A DNA stretch of 64,000 nucleotides from Candidatus Enterousia sp. (GTDB lineage Bacteria > Pseudomonadota > Alphaproteobacteria > Rs-D84). The position numbers were made by a program, and so were the translations under genes. The DNA lies in the NCBI GenBank assembly GCA_045613785.1, contig JAZLBQ010000004.1:32001-96000 (forward strand), in the 5' to 3' direction. The notes beneath the pieces were generated by a model, which was not told where the DNA came from, did no database searches, and saw nothing but the letters and a program-made list of their open reading frames with translations. This document shows positions 8,351 to 18,378 of this stretch, one piece after another. Positions within the stretch are counted from its first letter, which is position 1, and every line of letters begins with the position of its first letter.

Positions 8351-10756
8351 ATGAACATAGAACTAGGCAAAAACATAAACCCACGTGAAATCGAAACAAA
8401 AATCCAAGAATTTTGGGATAAAAACACATTTTGGAATAACGATGTAAAATCGGACAAGCCTGCATTTTGTATTATGATGCCGCCGCCAAATGTGACAGGG
8501 TCTTTGCATATGGGGCATGCGATGAATAATGTTTTAACAGATATTATTTGTCGTTATAAACGTATGTCTGGTTTTGATGTTTTGTGGCAGCCTGGCACAG
8601 ACCATGCATCAATTGCGACCCAGTTGTTGGTTGAACGTGATTTGTCAAAGCGTGGTATAAATCCGCACTCGTTGTCTTTGCAAGAAAAATTAGATTGTGC
8701 TTGGGCGTGGAAGGCTGACAAGGGCGGTCAAATTATGAATCAGTTGCACATATTGGGTGTAACGCCTGTTTGGAATCGTGAACGTTTTACGATGGACGAA
8801 GGTTTGTCTAGTGCTGTTACAAAACTGTTTGTAAAAATGTATAACGAAGGCCTGATTTATCGTGAAAAGCGTCTTGTAAACTGGTGTCCTAAACAACAGA
8901 CATCTGTATCGGATTTAGAGGTTGAAACCCGTGACGAAAAGGGTAAATTCTATTACTTTAATTACAATCTGGTAGATGGTGGTGTGATTGAAATTGCGAC
9001 AACACGTCCTGAAACATTATTTGGCGACCAGGCGATTGCTGTTCATCCAGAAAACGAGAAGTTAAAACACCTGATTGGCAAGAAGGCAATCATTCCATTG
9101 ACTGATATCCAGATTTCAATTATCGGCGATGAACATGCTGATCCTGAAAAGGGAACTGGGGCCGTAAAAATTACGCCTGCCCATGACTTTGACGACTGGG
9201 AGGTTGGCGTTCGTCATAACTTGACACCTGTATGTATTTTGACTCCAGATGCCAAAATGAACGACAATCCTGTTGTTCCTGAAAAATATCGTGGTCTGGA
9301 CAGATACAAGGCTCGTGAATCCATCGTGGCTGATATCGAAGCAGCAGGTTTGTTGGTAAAAATCGAAGATAAAATTATTCCAACACCGTATTCTGAACGT
9401 GGTCAAGTTCCTGTTGAACCGTATCTGACAGACCAGTGGTTTGTGGACGCAGAAAAACTGGCGATTCCTGCGATAAAGGCCGTAGAAGAAGGCAAAATCA
9501 AATTCTTGCCAGAACATCGTTATAACTTGTTCATGGCCTGGATGAAGGGAATTCGTCCTTGGACAATTTCACGTCAGTTGTGGTGGGGGCATCATATTCC
9601 TGCCTGGTATGACGCAGAAGGCAAGGTTTATGTTGCTGAAACCGAAGAAGAGGCAATCAAACAATCTGGTGGCAAAACATTGACACGTGATCCAGACGTT
9701 TTGGACACTTGGTTTTCATCTGGCTTGTGGCCATTTTCGACCTTAGGCTGGCCAAATGATACTTTGGAATTGAAAAAGTATTATCCGACAGATTTGTTAT
9801 ACACAGCCGCAGACATTATTTTCTTCTGGGTTGCACGTATGGTTATGATGGGGATTTATGTAATGGGCGACGTTCCGTTCCGGACAGTGAATTTCCATGG
9901 TCTTATTCGTGATGCCAAGGGGCAAAAGATGTCTAAAACCAAAGGCAATGGCACAGATCCATTGACTGCTGTTGATAAATTTGGCGTAGATGCGTTGCGT
10001 TATTGGATTTCGACTGCACCGATTGGCACAGATATTCGTTATTCTGATGACGAAGTAAAACGCGGATCAAAACTGCTGACAAAATTGTGGAATGCATCAA
10101 AATATACATTGATGAACCTGTCTGATTTTGAACCTGCAACAGCACGCCAGATTCCGGTTAGTGAACGTTTTATCGAAGACAGATGGGTTTTGGCTGAATT
10201 GAACAAAACAATCGCAGAAACTCGCAAGCATTTGGATAAATATGACAACTATAATTCACGTGCAGCGATTGATACGTTCTTTTGGGATATCTTCTGTGAT
10301 CAGTATTTGGAATTTATCAAAGACCGTTTTTGGGCACCTGAAAAATATAGTAGCGAATCAAAACTATCAGCCCAGTGGACATTGTATACGGTTTTACGTA
10401 ATATAATTGGCTTGTATGCACCATTTATTCCGTTTACAACCGAAGAACTGTGGCAGAAAATTTATCGTGACACCGAAGGTGGCGAAACCCTGCATTTAAC
10501 AGAATATCCAACAGTGAAATCTGAATATGAAACAGATGTTTCTATGATGAATGTTGCATTGGATATTTTGAAAAACGTTCGTGGTCTTCGCACAGAGCGT
10601 AAGGTAGGCAACGGTGCAAAATTGGAAACTTTGACAATTCCTGCGAATACGCCAGAAGTTCTGCATGGCTTGATAAAGTCTGCCTCACGTGCAAAAGAAA
10701 TTGTTTTGGGCGATGGAATCGATTTTGTTGTCCAGCAAAATGTTCAGGGGCAGTAA
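8351..10756 (+). CDS. valS: valyl-tRNA synthetase (801 aa, no C-terminal coiled-coil arm)
   Basis: PPPNVTGSLHMGH, GTGAVKITPAHD, ISRQLWWGH, KMSKT. Confidence 0.98.
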   Translation: MNIELGKNINPREIETKIQEFWDKNTFWNNDVKSDKPAFCIMMPPPNVTGSLHMGHAMNNVLTDIICRYKRMSGFDVLWQPGTDHASIATQLLVERDLSKRGINPHSLSLQEKLDCAWAWKADKGGQIMNQLHILGVTPVWNRERFTMDEGLSSAVTKLFVKMYNEGLIYREKRLVNWCPKQQTSVSDLEVETRDEKGKFYYFNYNLVDGGVIEIATTRPETLFGDQAIAVHPENEKLKHLIGKKAIIPLTDIQISIIGDEHADPEKGTGAVKITPAHDFDDWEVGVRHNLTPVCILTPDAKMNDNPVVPEKYRGLDRYKARESIVADIEAAGLLVKIEDKIIPTPYSERGQVPVEPYLTDQWFVDAEKLAIPAIKAVEEGKIKFLPEHRYNLFMAWMKGIRPWTISRQLWWGHHIPAWYDAEGKVYVAETEEEAIKQSGGKTLTRDPDVLDTWFSSGLWPFSTLGWPNDTLELKKYYPTDLLYTAADIIFFWVARMVMMGIYVMGDVPFRTVNFHGLIRDAKGQKMSKTKGNGTDPLTAVDKFGVDALRYWISTAPIGTDIRYSDDEVKRGSKLLTKLWNASKYTLMNLSDFEPATARQIPVSERFIEDRWVLAELNKTIAETRKHLDKYDNYNSRAAIDTFFWDIFCDQYLEFIKDRFWAPEKYSSESKLSAQWTLYTVLRNIIGLYAPFIPFTTEELWQKIYRDTEGGETLHLTEYPTVKSEYETDVSMMNVALDILKNVRGLRTERKVGNGAKLETLTIPANTPEVLHGLIKSASRAKEIVLGDGIDFVVQQNVQGQ

Positions 10757-11485
10757 ATGTCAGATAAATTGATAGAGCGTCGTGTTCTTCAAGCGTATCA
10801 GTGTGACCGCTTTGGAAATGTTCGTCCGTTGATATTGATGAACGAATTACAGTCCATTGCGGACAGGCACGCTGAAATCTTGGGGTGTGGTCGCACATAT
10901 TGTCTAGAGAACGGGCTGGGCTGGGTTGTGACCTATTACCTGGTCGATATCATAGAATTGCCAACCGAAGGCGAAGAGTTGACTTTTTCCACCTGGCCAT
11001 CATGCCAAGACGCATTGCGTGCAACACGTGATTTTGAAATTCATGGGGCGGATGGTCGTTTGATGGTTCGTGCGACTTCTCAGTGGATTTTGATTGATAT
11101 CGAACGTCGTCGTCCGTTGCCGCTGGCAAAGCATTTATCTCCAGATGTTGTTGTTCCAACCCGTGCATATGGTTGTGCATTTGAAAAGTTTTCAGACTTT
11201 GAAACGACCAAGACGCATGTTATGAAATGTCGATTTGATGATATTGATGTGAATCAGCATATAAACAATGCTGTGTATGCTGTCTGGGCAACAGAAAGTG
11301 TTGGTTATGTTTATCGCACAAATCATAAATTGAAAAAGATAGACATAAATTTCAAAAAAGAGATAAATCCAGATACTCCTGAAATTTGTATTGATGTTGC
11401 GATTGAAGGTCTGGTATCACGTCATAAAATCAGAACTGGCGAAACAGAACATGCTGTTGTGATTTGTCATTGGGAAGAAATATAA
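10757..11485 (+). CDS. acyl-ACP thioesterase (double hotdog)
   Basis: SQWILID...RRP, DIDVNQHINNAVY. Confidence 0.9.
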   Translation: MSDKLIERRVLQAYQCDRFGNVRPLILMNELQSIADRHAEILGCGRTYCLENGLGWVVTYYLVDIIELPTEGEELTFSTWPSCQDALRATRDFEIHGADGRLMVRATSQWILIDIERRRPLPLAKHLSPDVVVPTRAYGCAFEKFSDFETTKTHVMKCRFDDIDVNQHINNAVYAVWATESVGYVYRTNHKLKKIDINFKKEINPDTPEICIDVAIEGLVSRHKIRTGETEHAVVICHWEEI

Positions 11486-11501
11486 GTGATAAATATAATT
11501 G

Positions 11502-11529
11502 AAAAAAACCGCCAATCGGCGGTTTTTTT
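11502..11529. terminator. bidirectional intrinsic terminator between thioesterase and rpmH
   Basis: A7-CCGCC-AATC-GGCGG-T7. Confidence 0.9.
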
Positions 11530-11546
11530 AATAACCTGTGTGCATC

Positions 11547-11699
11547 TTAGTTTGCAGCATTTACTGCCAAACGTTTACGACCTGCTGCACGACGACGGTT
11601 CAGAACATCACGACCGCCTGCAGTTGCCATTCTTGCACGAAAACCGTGTGTACGAACACGACGTGTTTTAGATGGTTGATAAGTGCGTTTTGTTGCCAT
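11547..11699 (-). CDS. rpmH: 50S ribosomal protein L34 (not in ORF track)
   Basis: Hand translation [50 protein letters not shown]. Confidence 0.97.
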   Translation of the reverse strand: MATKRTYQPSKTRRVRTHGFRARMATAGGRDVLNRRRAAGRKRLAVNAAN

Positions 11700-11827
11700 A
11701 ACTTAAATCCTTGGTTCTTTTTCTTTCTTTTTTGTGTTCCAGTGTGCACCGAGCAGCATCATCAACACCCTGGAAAAATCCGTTTGTGCCTATATTTAAC
11801 CATACGTTTTATAAAAACGCAACCTTT

Positions 11828-11923
11828 TTATTTAGATTTTATCAATCCAAATTTTTTCAGGGCTTCCAACGTCAAATAGTATATAAACAGGCCGGTAAAC
11901 AGTTTATAAAAAGGTAAAAACAT
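11828..11923 (-). CDS. 31-aa small hydrophobic peptide (candidate small membrane protein)
   Basis: MFLPFYKLFTGLFIYYLTLEALKKFGLIKSK*; AAGGA SD upstream; directly follows the 56-aa ORF. Confidence 0.5.
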   Translation of the reverse strand: MFLPFYKLFTGLFIYYLTLEALKKFGLIKSK

Positions 11924-11943
11924 AATTGTGTTCCTTGTCTTGT

Positions 11944-12114
11944 TTACTTTGTTTTTTGTTTTATTGACCGAATCAGATTGTTGGCAGCTTCAATTGCATC
12001 AATCATTCTGTCTAATATCCAGATTTGGCATGTTAGTTGTGCGTTTTTTTGAGAGTTTTTCATATCCTGAACAAACTGTCTTACTTCAATTAAATCTTGT
12101 CTAAATTTTCCCAT
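11944..12114 (-). CDS. 56-aa orphan helical protein with basic tail
   Basis: [56 protein letters not shown]. Confidence 0.55.
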   Translation of the reverse strand: MGKFRQDLIEVRQFVQDMKNSQKNAQLTCQIWILDRMIDAIEAANNLIRSIKQKTK

Positions 12115-12260
12115 TTTGTTTTGTCTTTTCTAATAAATTTATCCTGAAACAGGATATCACAAACCTGTGTTTTGTCAATCTATTTTTTGGGCTTTATTTC
12201 TTGACCAAAAGCCCTAAAATCTGCTATGTTTTGTATGCTATAAACATAGGAAAGGTAAGT

Positions 12261-15014
12261 ATGTCAGAAAACATCAATGAAGTAAACGAAACACGTGTTC
12301 CACAGTCGTCTTTGGAACACGAAATGCGGACCAGTTTTTTAGACTATGCGATGTCGGTTATTGTTGACCGTGCGTTGCCTGATGTCCGTGACGGATGTAA
12401 GCCTGTGCATCGTCGAATTTTGTATGTTATGAACGATGTTGCACCTGCGACCAAGCCAACGGTAAAGTCTGCACGTATTGTCGGTGATGTGATGGGTAAA
12501 TATCACCCACACGGTGACAGTTCGATTTACGAAGCAATGGTTCGTATGGGGCAAGACTTTTCGATGGGCGAAATGCTTGTCCAAGGACAGGGTAATTTTG
12601 GTTCTCGTGACGGGGACAAGGCTGCGGCTATGCGTTATACTGAGGCACGCCTTTCAAAACTGGGTGCATCGCTTATGGACGATATGGACAAAGACACTGT
12701 TGACTGGCAGCCGAACTTTGATGGCTCTTTACAAGAACCAGTTGTCTTGCCTGCTAAATTTCCAAATTTCTTGGTAAATGGTGGATCTGGTATTGCTGTT
12801 GGTATGGCGACTAACGTTCCGACATATAACCTGGGTGAAATCTGCAATGGTATTTTGGCTGTTCTAGATAATCGCAATTTAACAGACGATGAATTGTTTG
12901 CCATTATCCCTGGGCCTGATTTCCCGACAGGTGCGATGATTATGGGGCACGCCGGTGCATACAAGGCACACACTACAGGTCGTGGTTCAATTATTATTCG
13001 TTCAAAAACTCATATCGAAGACTTTCGTGATCATCAGGCAATTATTGTTGATGAAATCCCATATCAGGTCAACAAGGCACAAATGATTATCAAAATTGCC
13101 GAACTGATAAAGGACAAAAGAATCGAAGGCATTTCTGAAATTCGTGACGAATCGTCCAAAGAGGGCTTGCGTATAGTTATTGAATTAAAGCGTGATGCGA
13201 TTGCGGACGTTGTCTTGAATCACTTGTTCCAATACACGGAAATGCAGACAAATTTCCCAGTCAACATGATGGCGTTGAATCGTGGTCGTCCAATGTTGTT
13301 CAATGTCCGTGGTGTTTTGGATGCCTTTATTGACTTCCGGGCAGAAGTTATACGTCGTCGCACAATCTTTGACTTGAACAAGGCACGTAATCGTGCACAC
13401 ACATTGTTGGGTTTGTCTGTTGCGGTTGGAAACTTGGACGAAGTCATTGAATTGATTAAATCCAGTGCTAATCCAGAGGCTGCCCGTGAAGCTTTGATTT
13501 CACGTGGTTGGCGTGCATCAGATATTGAATCTTATATTCAGTTGATTGATGATCCGAACACAGAATACAAAGATGGTATGTTCTATATGTCCGAAGACCA
13601 GGCACGTGCAATACTTGAATTGCAGTTGCATCGTTTGACAGGTCTGGAACGTGATAAAATTCACGACGATTTAACAAATCTGGGTGCGGTTATTCGTGAT
13701 TTGTTAGAAATTTTGGGCAGTCATGAACGTATTATTCAGATTATTCGTGAAGAAACAATTGCTGTCCGAGATAATTGGGCATCGCCTCGTCGCACAGAAA
13801 TTTCAGATGCAGAAATCGATATTGATATCGAAGATTTAATTGCTCGTGAAGATATGGTTGTAACAGTATCTAATACAGGTTATATCAAACGTGTTGCACT
13901 GGATACCTATCGTGCCCAGAAGCGTGGTGGCAAGGGACGTAATGCAATGGCAACCAAAGACGACGATTATGTTGTTCAAGTGTTTGTTGCAAATACCCAC
14001 ACACCATTGTTGTTCTTTAGCTCTTTGGGCTTGTGTTATAAATTAAAGACCTATAAATTACCAGAAGCAACGGCTGCTGCCAAGGGGCGTCCATTGGTAA
14101 ACTTATTACCATTGCAACCTGGTGAAACGATTACTGCAATCCTGCCTGTATCTGAAGAGGACGCAGCCCGTGCAGCAGAGTCTGGCAAAGAACATTTCTT
14201 GATGTTTGCAACAGCGTCTGGCACAGTCCGTCGCAACCGTATGTCGGATTTTGACTCAATTCGTGCCAACGGCAAGATAGCGATGAAACTGGACGAAGGC
14301 GACAGTCTGATTTCTGTATTGCCATGCACCGAAGACCAAGATGTATTCTTGGCAACATATCGTGGCCGCAGTATCCGATTCCCAGTTCCTGAAATCCGTA
14401 TTTTTGCAGGCCGCAACTCGACAGGTGTTCGTGGTATAACATTGGGCAAAGATGATCGTATCATCGGTATGGCAATGCTGAACCGTGGCGAAGCCGACAG
14501 TGCTGTTCGTGCGGCGTATATCAAGCAATCACGTGCTGCCCGTCGTGCAGAAACAGGAATCGAAGAAGAAGCAGACGCTGACGAAGAAACAACGACATTA
14601 GTCTTAGATGATGCCAAGATGGCTCAGATGGCTGCGAACGAAGAATTCATTTTAACTATTTCAGAAAATGGATTTGGTAAACGCACCAGTTCGTATGAAT
14701 ATCGTCTGACACACCGTGGCGGTGGCGGATTTACGAATATCAAACTGGGTGGCAAGAATACTGCTGTTGCAGGATCTTTCCCTGTTGCTGATGATCACGA
14801 TATCATTATGGTAACAGATGGTGGCAAGATTATCCGCACACCTGTCCGTGATGTTCGTATTGCAGGTCGTTCGACTGCTGGCGTAACACTGTTCCGCACG
14901 GCTGAAAACGAACGTGTTGTATCTGCGATTTCAATCGAAGGTTCTTCTGATGAAGAATCAGAAACCGCATCAGAAAGCGAAACAGTGGTTGAAGCTCAGG
15001 AAACAGCAGAATAA
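12261..15014 (+). CDS. gyrA: DNA gyrase subunit A
   Basis: YHPHGDS, AAMRYTE, GyrA-box QKRGGKG; ATG at 12261 after GGAAAGG. Confidence 0.98.
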   Translation: MSENINEVNETRVPQSSLEHEMRTSFLDYAMSVIVDRALPDVRDGCKPVHRRILYVMNDVAPATKPTVKSARIVGDVMGKYHPHGDSSIYEAMVRMGQDFSMGEMLVQGQGNFGSRDGDKAAAMRYTEARLSKLGASLMDDMDKDTVDWQPNFDGSLQEPVVLPAKFPNFLVNGGSGIAVGMATNVPTYNLGEICNGILAVLDNRNLTDDELFAIIPGPDFPTGAMIMGHAGAYKAHTTGRGSIIIRSKTHIEDFRDHQAIIVDEIPYQVNKAQMIIKIAELIKDKRIEGISEIRDESSKEGLRIVIELKRDAIADVVLNHLFQYTEMQTNFPVNMMALNRGRPMLFNVRGVLDAFIDFRAEVIRRRTIFDLNKARNRAHTLLGLSVAVGNLDEVIELIKSSANPEAAREALISRGWRASDIESYIQLIDDPNTEYKDGMFYMSEDQARAILELQLHRLTGLERDKIHDDLTNLGAVIRDLLEILGSHERIIQIIREETIAVRDNWASPRRTEISDAEIDIDIEDLIAREDMVVTVSNTGYIKRVALDTYRAQKRGGKGRNAMATKDDDYVVQVFVANTHTPLLFFSSLGLCYKLKTYKLPEATAAAKGRPLVNLLPLQPGETITAILPVSEEDAARAAESGKEHFLMFATASGTVRRNRMSDFDSIRANGKIAMKLDEGDSLISVLPCTEDQDVFLATYRGRSIRFPVPEIRIFAGRNSTGVRGITLGKDDRIIGMAMLNRGEADSAVRAAYIKQSRAARRAETGIEEEADADEETTTLVLDDAKMAQMAANEEFILTISENGFGKRTSSYEYRLTHRGGGGFTNIKLGGKNTAVAGSFPVADDHDIIMVTDGGKIIRTPVRDVRIAGRSTAGVTLFRTAENERVVSAISIEGSSDEESETASESETVVEAQETAE

Positions 15015-15033
15015 TTAGACAAGGGGTGCCGGT

Positions 15034-15414
15034 ATGGAAAACACAAATGAATACTTTGCGTCGATAAATGAAGTTTCAAAACGGTTAAACGTTCCGGCAC
15101 ATACCTTGCGTTATTGGGAAAAGCAATTTCCTGTTGCGATACGTCCAACCACAGGGGCGGGTGGCCGTCGTTATTATCGCACAGAAACGGTTGCTCGATT
15201 GGTTGTTATTCGTGATTTGTTATATACGCACGGAATGACAATTGCAGGGGTAAAAAAATTACTGCGTGATGGTAATTTGCCAACGTCTGCTGATGAATTG
15301 CTTGCATCTGTCCCGACGGCTGTATCACCTGCGGAAACGGCATCAACAGTGAATTCTGCTGATTTAGATTTAGCAATTAAATTACTTGAAAATGCAAAAT
15401 CATTATTACAATAA
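15034..15414 (+). CDS. MerR-family transcriptional regulator
   Basis: SINEVSKRLNVPAHTLRYWEKQF...GGRRYY...GMTIAGVKKLL. Confidence 0.92.
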   Translation: MENTNEYFASINEVSKRLNVPAHTLRYWEKQFPVAIRPTTGAGGRRYYRTETVARLVVIRDLLYTHGMTIAGVKKLLRDGNLPTSADELLASVPTAVSPAETASTVNSADLDLAIKLLENAKSLLQ

Positions 15415-15441
15415 AACCGCCCGAATATCGGGCGTTTTTTT
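15413..15441. terminator. bidirectional terminator
   Basis: CGCCCGA-ATA-TCGGGCG with flanking A and T runs. Confidence 0.8.
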
Positions 15442-16138
15442 ATCTGTGTCTATGTGAGATAATTTGATTCTTTTTATTTAATAGTGAATCAATCTGTTCG
15501 TATTGGTGACGTACTTGTGCATTTGTTGCACTGTCAAAGTAAGAAAGAATATTTTTTTGAATAATTGCTGGTTGTGGCAGATAATCAAACTGTGCTTGTA
15601 GTTGATTTATGTTGCGACAATTTTTTTTGTATTTTTCATGAATTTTTTTTATCGCGTCATCATGAAAAAACGTGTAAAAAACACTATCGTTATTTTGTAT
15701 GCGATTGATGTATGGGTATTCACGTAGTGCATATTTGTATGCTTTGGTGATTTGGTATTTATTATTTGTGTTCAGATTGTTCAACTTTTTTTGTATTTCG
15801 CTACGCAGAACAACAAGGTCGTTATTCGCAAAAGAATCCAATGCTCGTTCACGCCAATCACATTGCAGACTATCAATAATCCAATACACGGAATCGATTT
15901 TGTTGTCAGTTTCTTGGATTAAAGAATCTTTTACTGCTTTTTCTTGTTCGATTTTCTGGATTCTGTCTAGTTGTTGCTGACGTAAAAGTTTTTTTCTTTG
16001 TTCAAGTATTGATTGTGATTTTTGTTTTTCTTGTTGTATTTTTGTTTGTTCTTTTGTCTGATAAGCACCAACTAGCACAGTGACACAGAACAAGAGTGCG
16101 CAAAAGATGATGTCAAAATTTGTATTTTTGTTTTTCAT
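15440..16138 (-). CDS. orphan protein: N-terminal TM anchor, coiled coil, basic tail
   Basis: 232 aa, AT-rich, Q/K-rich helices, ends ISHRHR. Confidence 0.7.
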   Translation of the reverse strand: MKNKNTNFDIIFCALLFCVTVLVGAYQTKEQTKIQQEKQKSQSILEQRKKLLRQQQLDRIQKIEQEKAVKDSLIQETDNKIDSVYWIIDSLQCDWRERALDSFANNDLVVLRSEIQKKLNNLNTNNKYQITKAYKYALREYPYINRIQNNDSVFYTFFHDDAIKKIHEKYKKNCRNINQLQAQFDYLPQPAIIQKNILSYFDSATNAQVRHQYEQIDSLLNKKNQIISHRHR

Positions 16139-16226
16139 ACTTATTATACCTATGAATACAATTTATTATTGCGACGCTTACCCTCTGGAAAAATCTCTCA
16201 ATTGCGTCGGGGATAGAAAGAAAACT

Positions 16227-16301
16227 TGGCACTCCCAACGGGAATCGAACCCGTGTTACCAGAATGAGAATCTGATGTCCTAACCGCTAGACGATGGGAG
16301 C
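16227..16301 (-). tRNA. tRNA-Glu(CTC)
   Basis: GCTCCCATCGTCTAGCGGTTAGGACATCAGATT-CTC-ATTCTGGTAACACGGGTTCGATTCCCGTTGGGAGTGCCA; cloverleaf with encoded CCA. Confidence 0.96.
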
Positions 16302-16392
16302 GTTGTGCACCTATGATATACCTAAAAAGCAGAATTTTCAAATGAAACTTTTCCTTGCACTAAAAAAAATAATAGCCTAGGATAAAAACACA

Positions 16393-17133
16393 ATGGCCAG
16401 CCCCTTACGCAGATTTTTTACAAACATTATATGTGGTTGCGTTTATAACAAGGATAAGCGTAAACGTTTACGTGTTGTTTTAAATTCTTCTATGATGGAT
16501 TGTCTGCGTTTTATTCACAAGAATACGGGCAATCGCCCACGTCGAATAAAAACATTTGTTGGTTATCAGGCACGCAGTCTTTTGATTAGCACAAACAATG
16601 AATATATTTTCAAGTTTCCACTTCGTCGTGCAGATTCTGATTATTTAACACGTCGTGAAAAGCGTCTGGTTGATGTTTTTCAAAAGATATCACCGATATA
16701 TATACCGCCTGTGGACGTTTATGAACACCGTAACCACCTGGTTCGTCGTTATCCGTTTATCAGCGGAGCGCAATTGCGGCAAATGCCATTAGAGGTTGCA
16801 CTGGAAAATATTGATATACTGGCAGAACAGATTGCAGAGTTTATTTTTGTTATTGGTTGCAGTGATCCAGAAACTGTTCGTGATTTAAAGCCGACGCCAG
16901 ACGCCAAGCCTGGTTATATGTATGGTTGGTCTCAGGGTGATATATGTGATAATTTTATAGTTGATATGAAAACGATGAAAATAATCGCTTTTATTGATTG
17001 GGAAGATTGTGTCTTTGGAGATTTTTCAAAAACGTTTACAAGTAATCGTCGTTCGCCACAGCGTGAATTGATGAGTGCTGTTCGTGAAAAATATGAAAAG
17101 TTGTATGCATCACAATATTCAAAAGTCAACTAA
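16393..17133 (+). CDS. APH/choline-kinase-like phosphotransferase
   Basis: YIFKFP, QGDICDNFIVD (Brenner-like motif, H replaced by Q), IIAFIDWED. Confidence 0.75.
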   Translation: MASPLRRFFTNIICGCVYNKDKRKRLRVVLNSSMMDCLRFIHKNTGNRPRRIKTFVGYQARSLLISTNNEYIFKFPLRRADSDYLTRREKRLVDVFQKISPIYIPPVDVYEHRNHLVRRYPFISGAQLRQMPLEVALENIDILAEQIAEFIFVIGCSDPETVRDLKPTPDAKPGYMYGWSQGDICDNFIVDMKTMKIIAFIDWEDCVFGDFSKTFTSNRRSPQRELMSAVREKYEKLYASQYSKVN

Positions 17134-17145
17134 TGAACGAAATCG

Positions 17146-17174
17146 AAAAAAAAACCGCCAATCGGCGGATTTTT
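17146..17174. terminator. bidirectional terminator
   Basis: A-run CCGCC-AATC-GGCGG, same stem-loop as at 11502. Confidence 0.85.
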
Positions 17175-17175
17175 A

Positions 17176-18378
17176 TTATTTCGTATGTGCACGCATTTGA
17201 CGTAATTGTTTCAAGTTTTTTGCGTGTGCAGCCTTCATCGACTTAGATGCTTGGTCGTATTTGCTGTGGCTAGACAGTTTTTGTTTTGCAGCCATACGTT
17301 TTTGCAGACCGACACCATTAACGCCAATTTCTTCGATGTATTTTGCAAATGCTTGTTGTTGTGCATCGTTTAATTTTTGTTCGCTGTTCAGTGCGTCCAA
17401 GATAATGCTTTTGCCTTCGTAAATACGGCTCATAGTCATTGCATGTGCAACACGTTCGACAGACATACCGTCTGGGATTTGGAATACGCCACGTTCGACT
17501 TGTTTACGAACCTTGTTATACAACTTATCACGTGCATTTTGTCCAATCAAAATATTTAAAGAACTGTTGCAGCACGCATTGATGCGAGCGATTTCAGCCA
17601 TCTGTTCAGTTGTTGGTGTTGGTTTCAGTTTTTGTTCGGCCTTATGTGTAAGCACAGGTTTTGAAGGTGTGGTTGCAGGCTGTGAACCACGCACAACTTT
17701 CCAGCCGTCATTATTTGCACTCACTGGTTGAATTTTCAGTGCGTTGTTATTTGTTGTTTTTATGACTTTCTGTGTCTTTTGTTTTGTCTGGTTGTCATGA
17801 TTTTCTGTTTTCAGGCTTGAACAAGTGTCCAAAGACAATGCTGTTGCAATAGTTGCTGCCAAAATCACAATTGATGATGTTGCTACTGCAACTTGGGTTA
17901 TTCTTTCACGACGAAATGTATCTGTGGCCAATGGCTTTTTTTGTTCTGTCTGGGCAGGGTTGTTTTGTGGCTTGGCTTCTTCTTTCTTTTTGCCCCAGCC
18001 AAAAAATCCTTTGATTTTATTGGTTGTTCGTTCCCACAGTGAAGTATTGGTCTTGTCTTGTAATTTTATTGCATCTGGTTTCATGCCACGCATTATACAC
18101 AGATTTCTCATTGCGGCATGTGCGGCTTCTGTATAAATGCCTTGTTCGTTTTTTCCGCATTTGATAATCAAATCTTGCACCAGATTTACGATTTCTGGAT
18201 CGTTCACATTAAATTCTACATCATTGTTTGCAATGCAGCCAATAACACTGGTTGTCAACAGGGTGTTGGTGTCGTAATAGCCATTGCTTAGCCCTCTTTT
18301 TTCTAAAACTGTTTCCTTGATATAGTATTCCAAACAGTCTTTTGAAATCCAAAAAACCGCATATCTAAAATCGTTCAT
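17176..18378 (-). CDS. orphan 400-aa protein with central TM segment and basic tail (C-terminal part of the 673-aa ORF, with its own promoter and SD)
   Basis: Start MNDFRY at 18378, AAGGG SD, TTGACT-17-TATCAT promoter; ends QMRAHTK. Confidence 0.65.
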   Translation of the reverse strand: MNDFRYAVFWISKDCLEYYIKETVLEKRGLSNGYYDTNTLLTTSVIGCIANNDVEFNVNDPEIVNLVQDLIIKCGKNEQGIYTEAAHAAMRNLCIMRGMKPDAIKLQDKTNTSLWERTTNKIKGFFGWGKKKEEAKPQNNPAQTEQKKPLATDTFRRERITQVAVATSSIVILAATIATALSLDTCSSLKTENHDNQTKQKTQKVIKTTNNNALKIQPVSANNDGWKVVRGSQPATTPSKPVLTHKAEQKLKPTPTTEQMAEIARINACCNSSLNILIGQNARDKLYNKVRKQVERGVFQIPDGMSVERVAHAMTMSRIYEGKSIILDALNSEQKLNDAQQQAFAKYIEEIGVNGVGLQKRMAAKQKLSSHSKYDQASKSMKAAHAKNLKQLRQMRAHTK

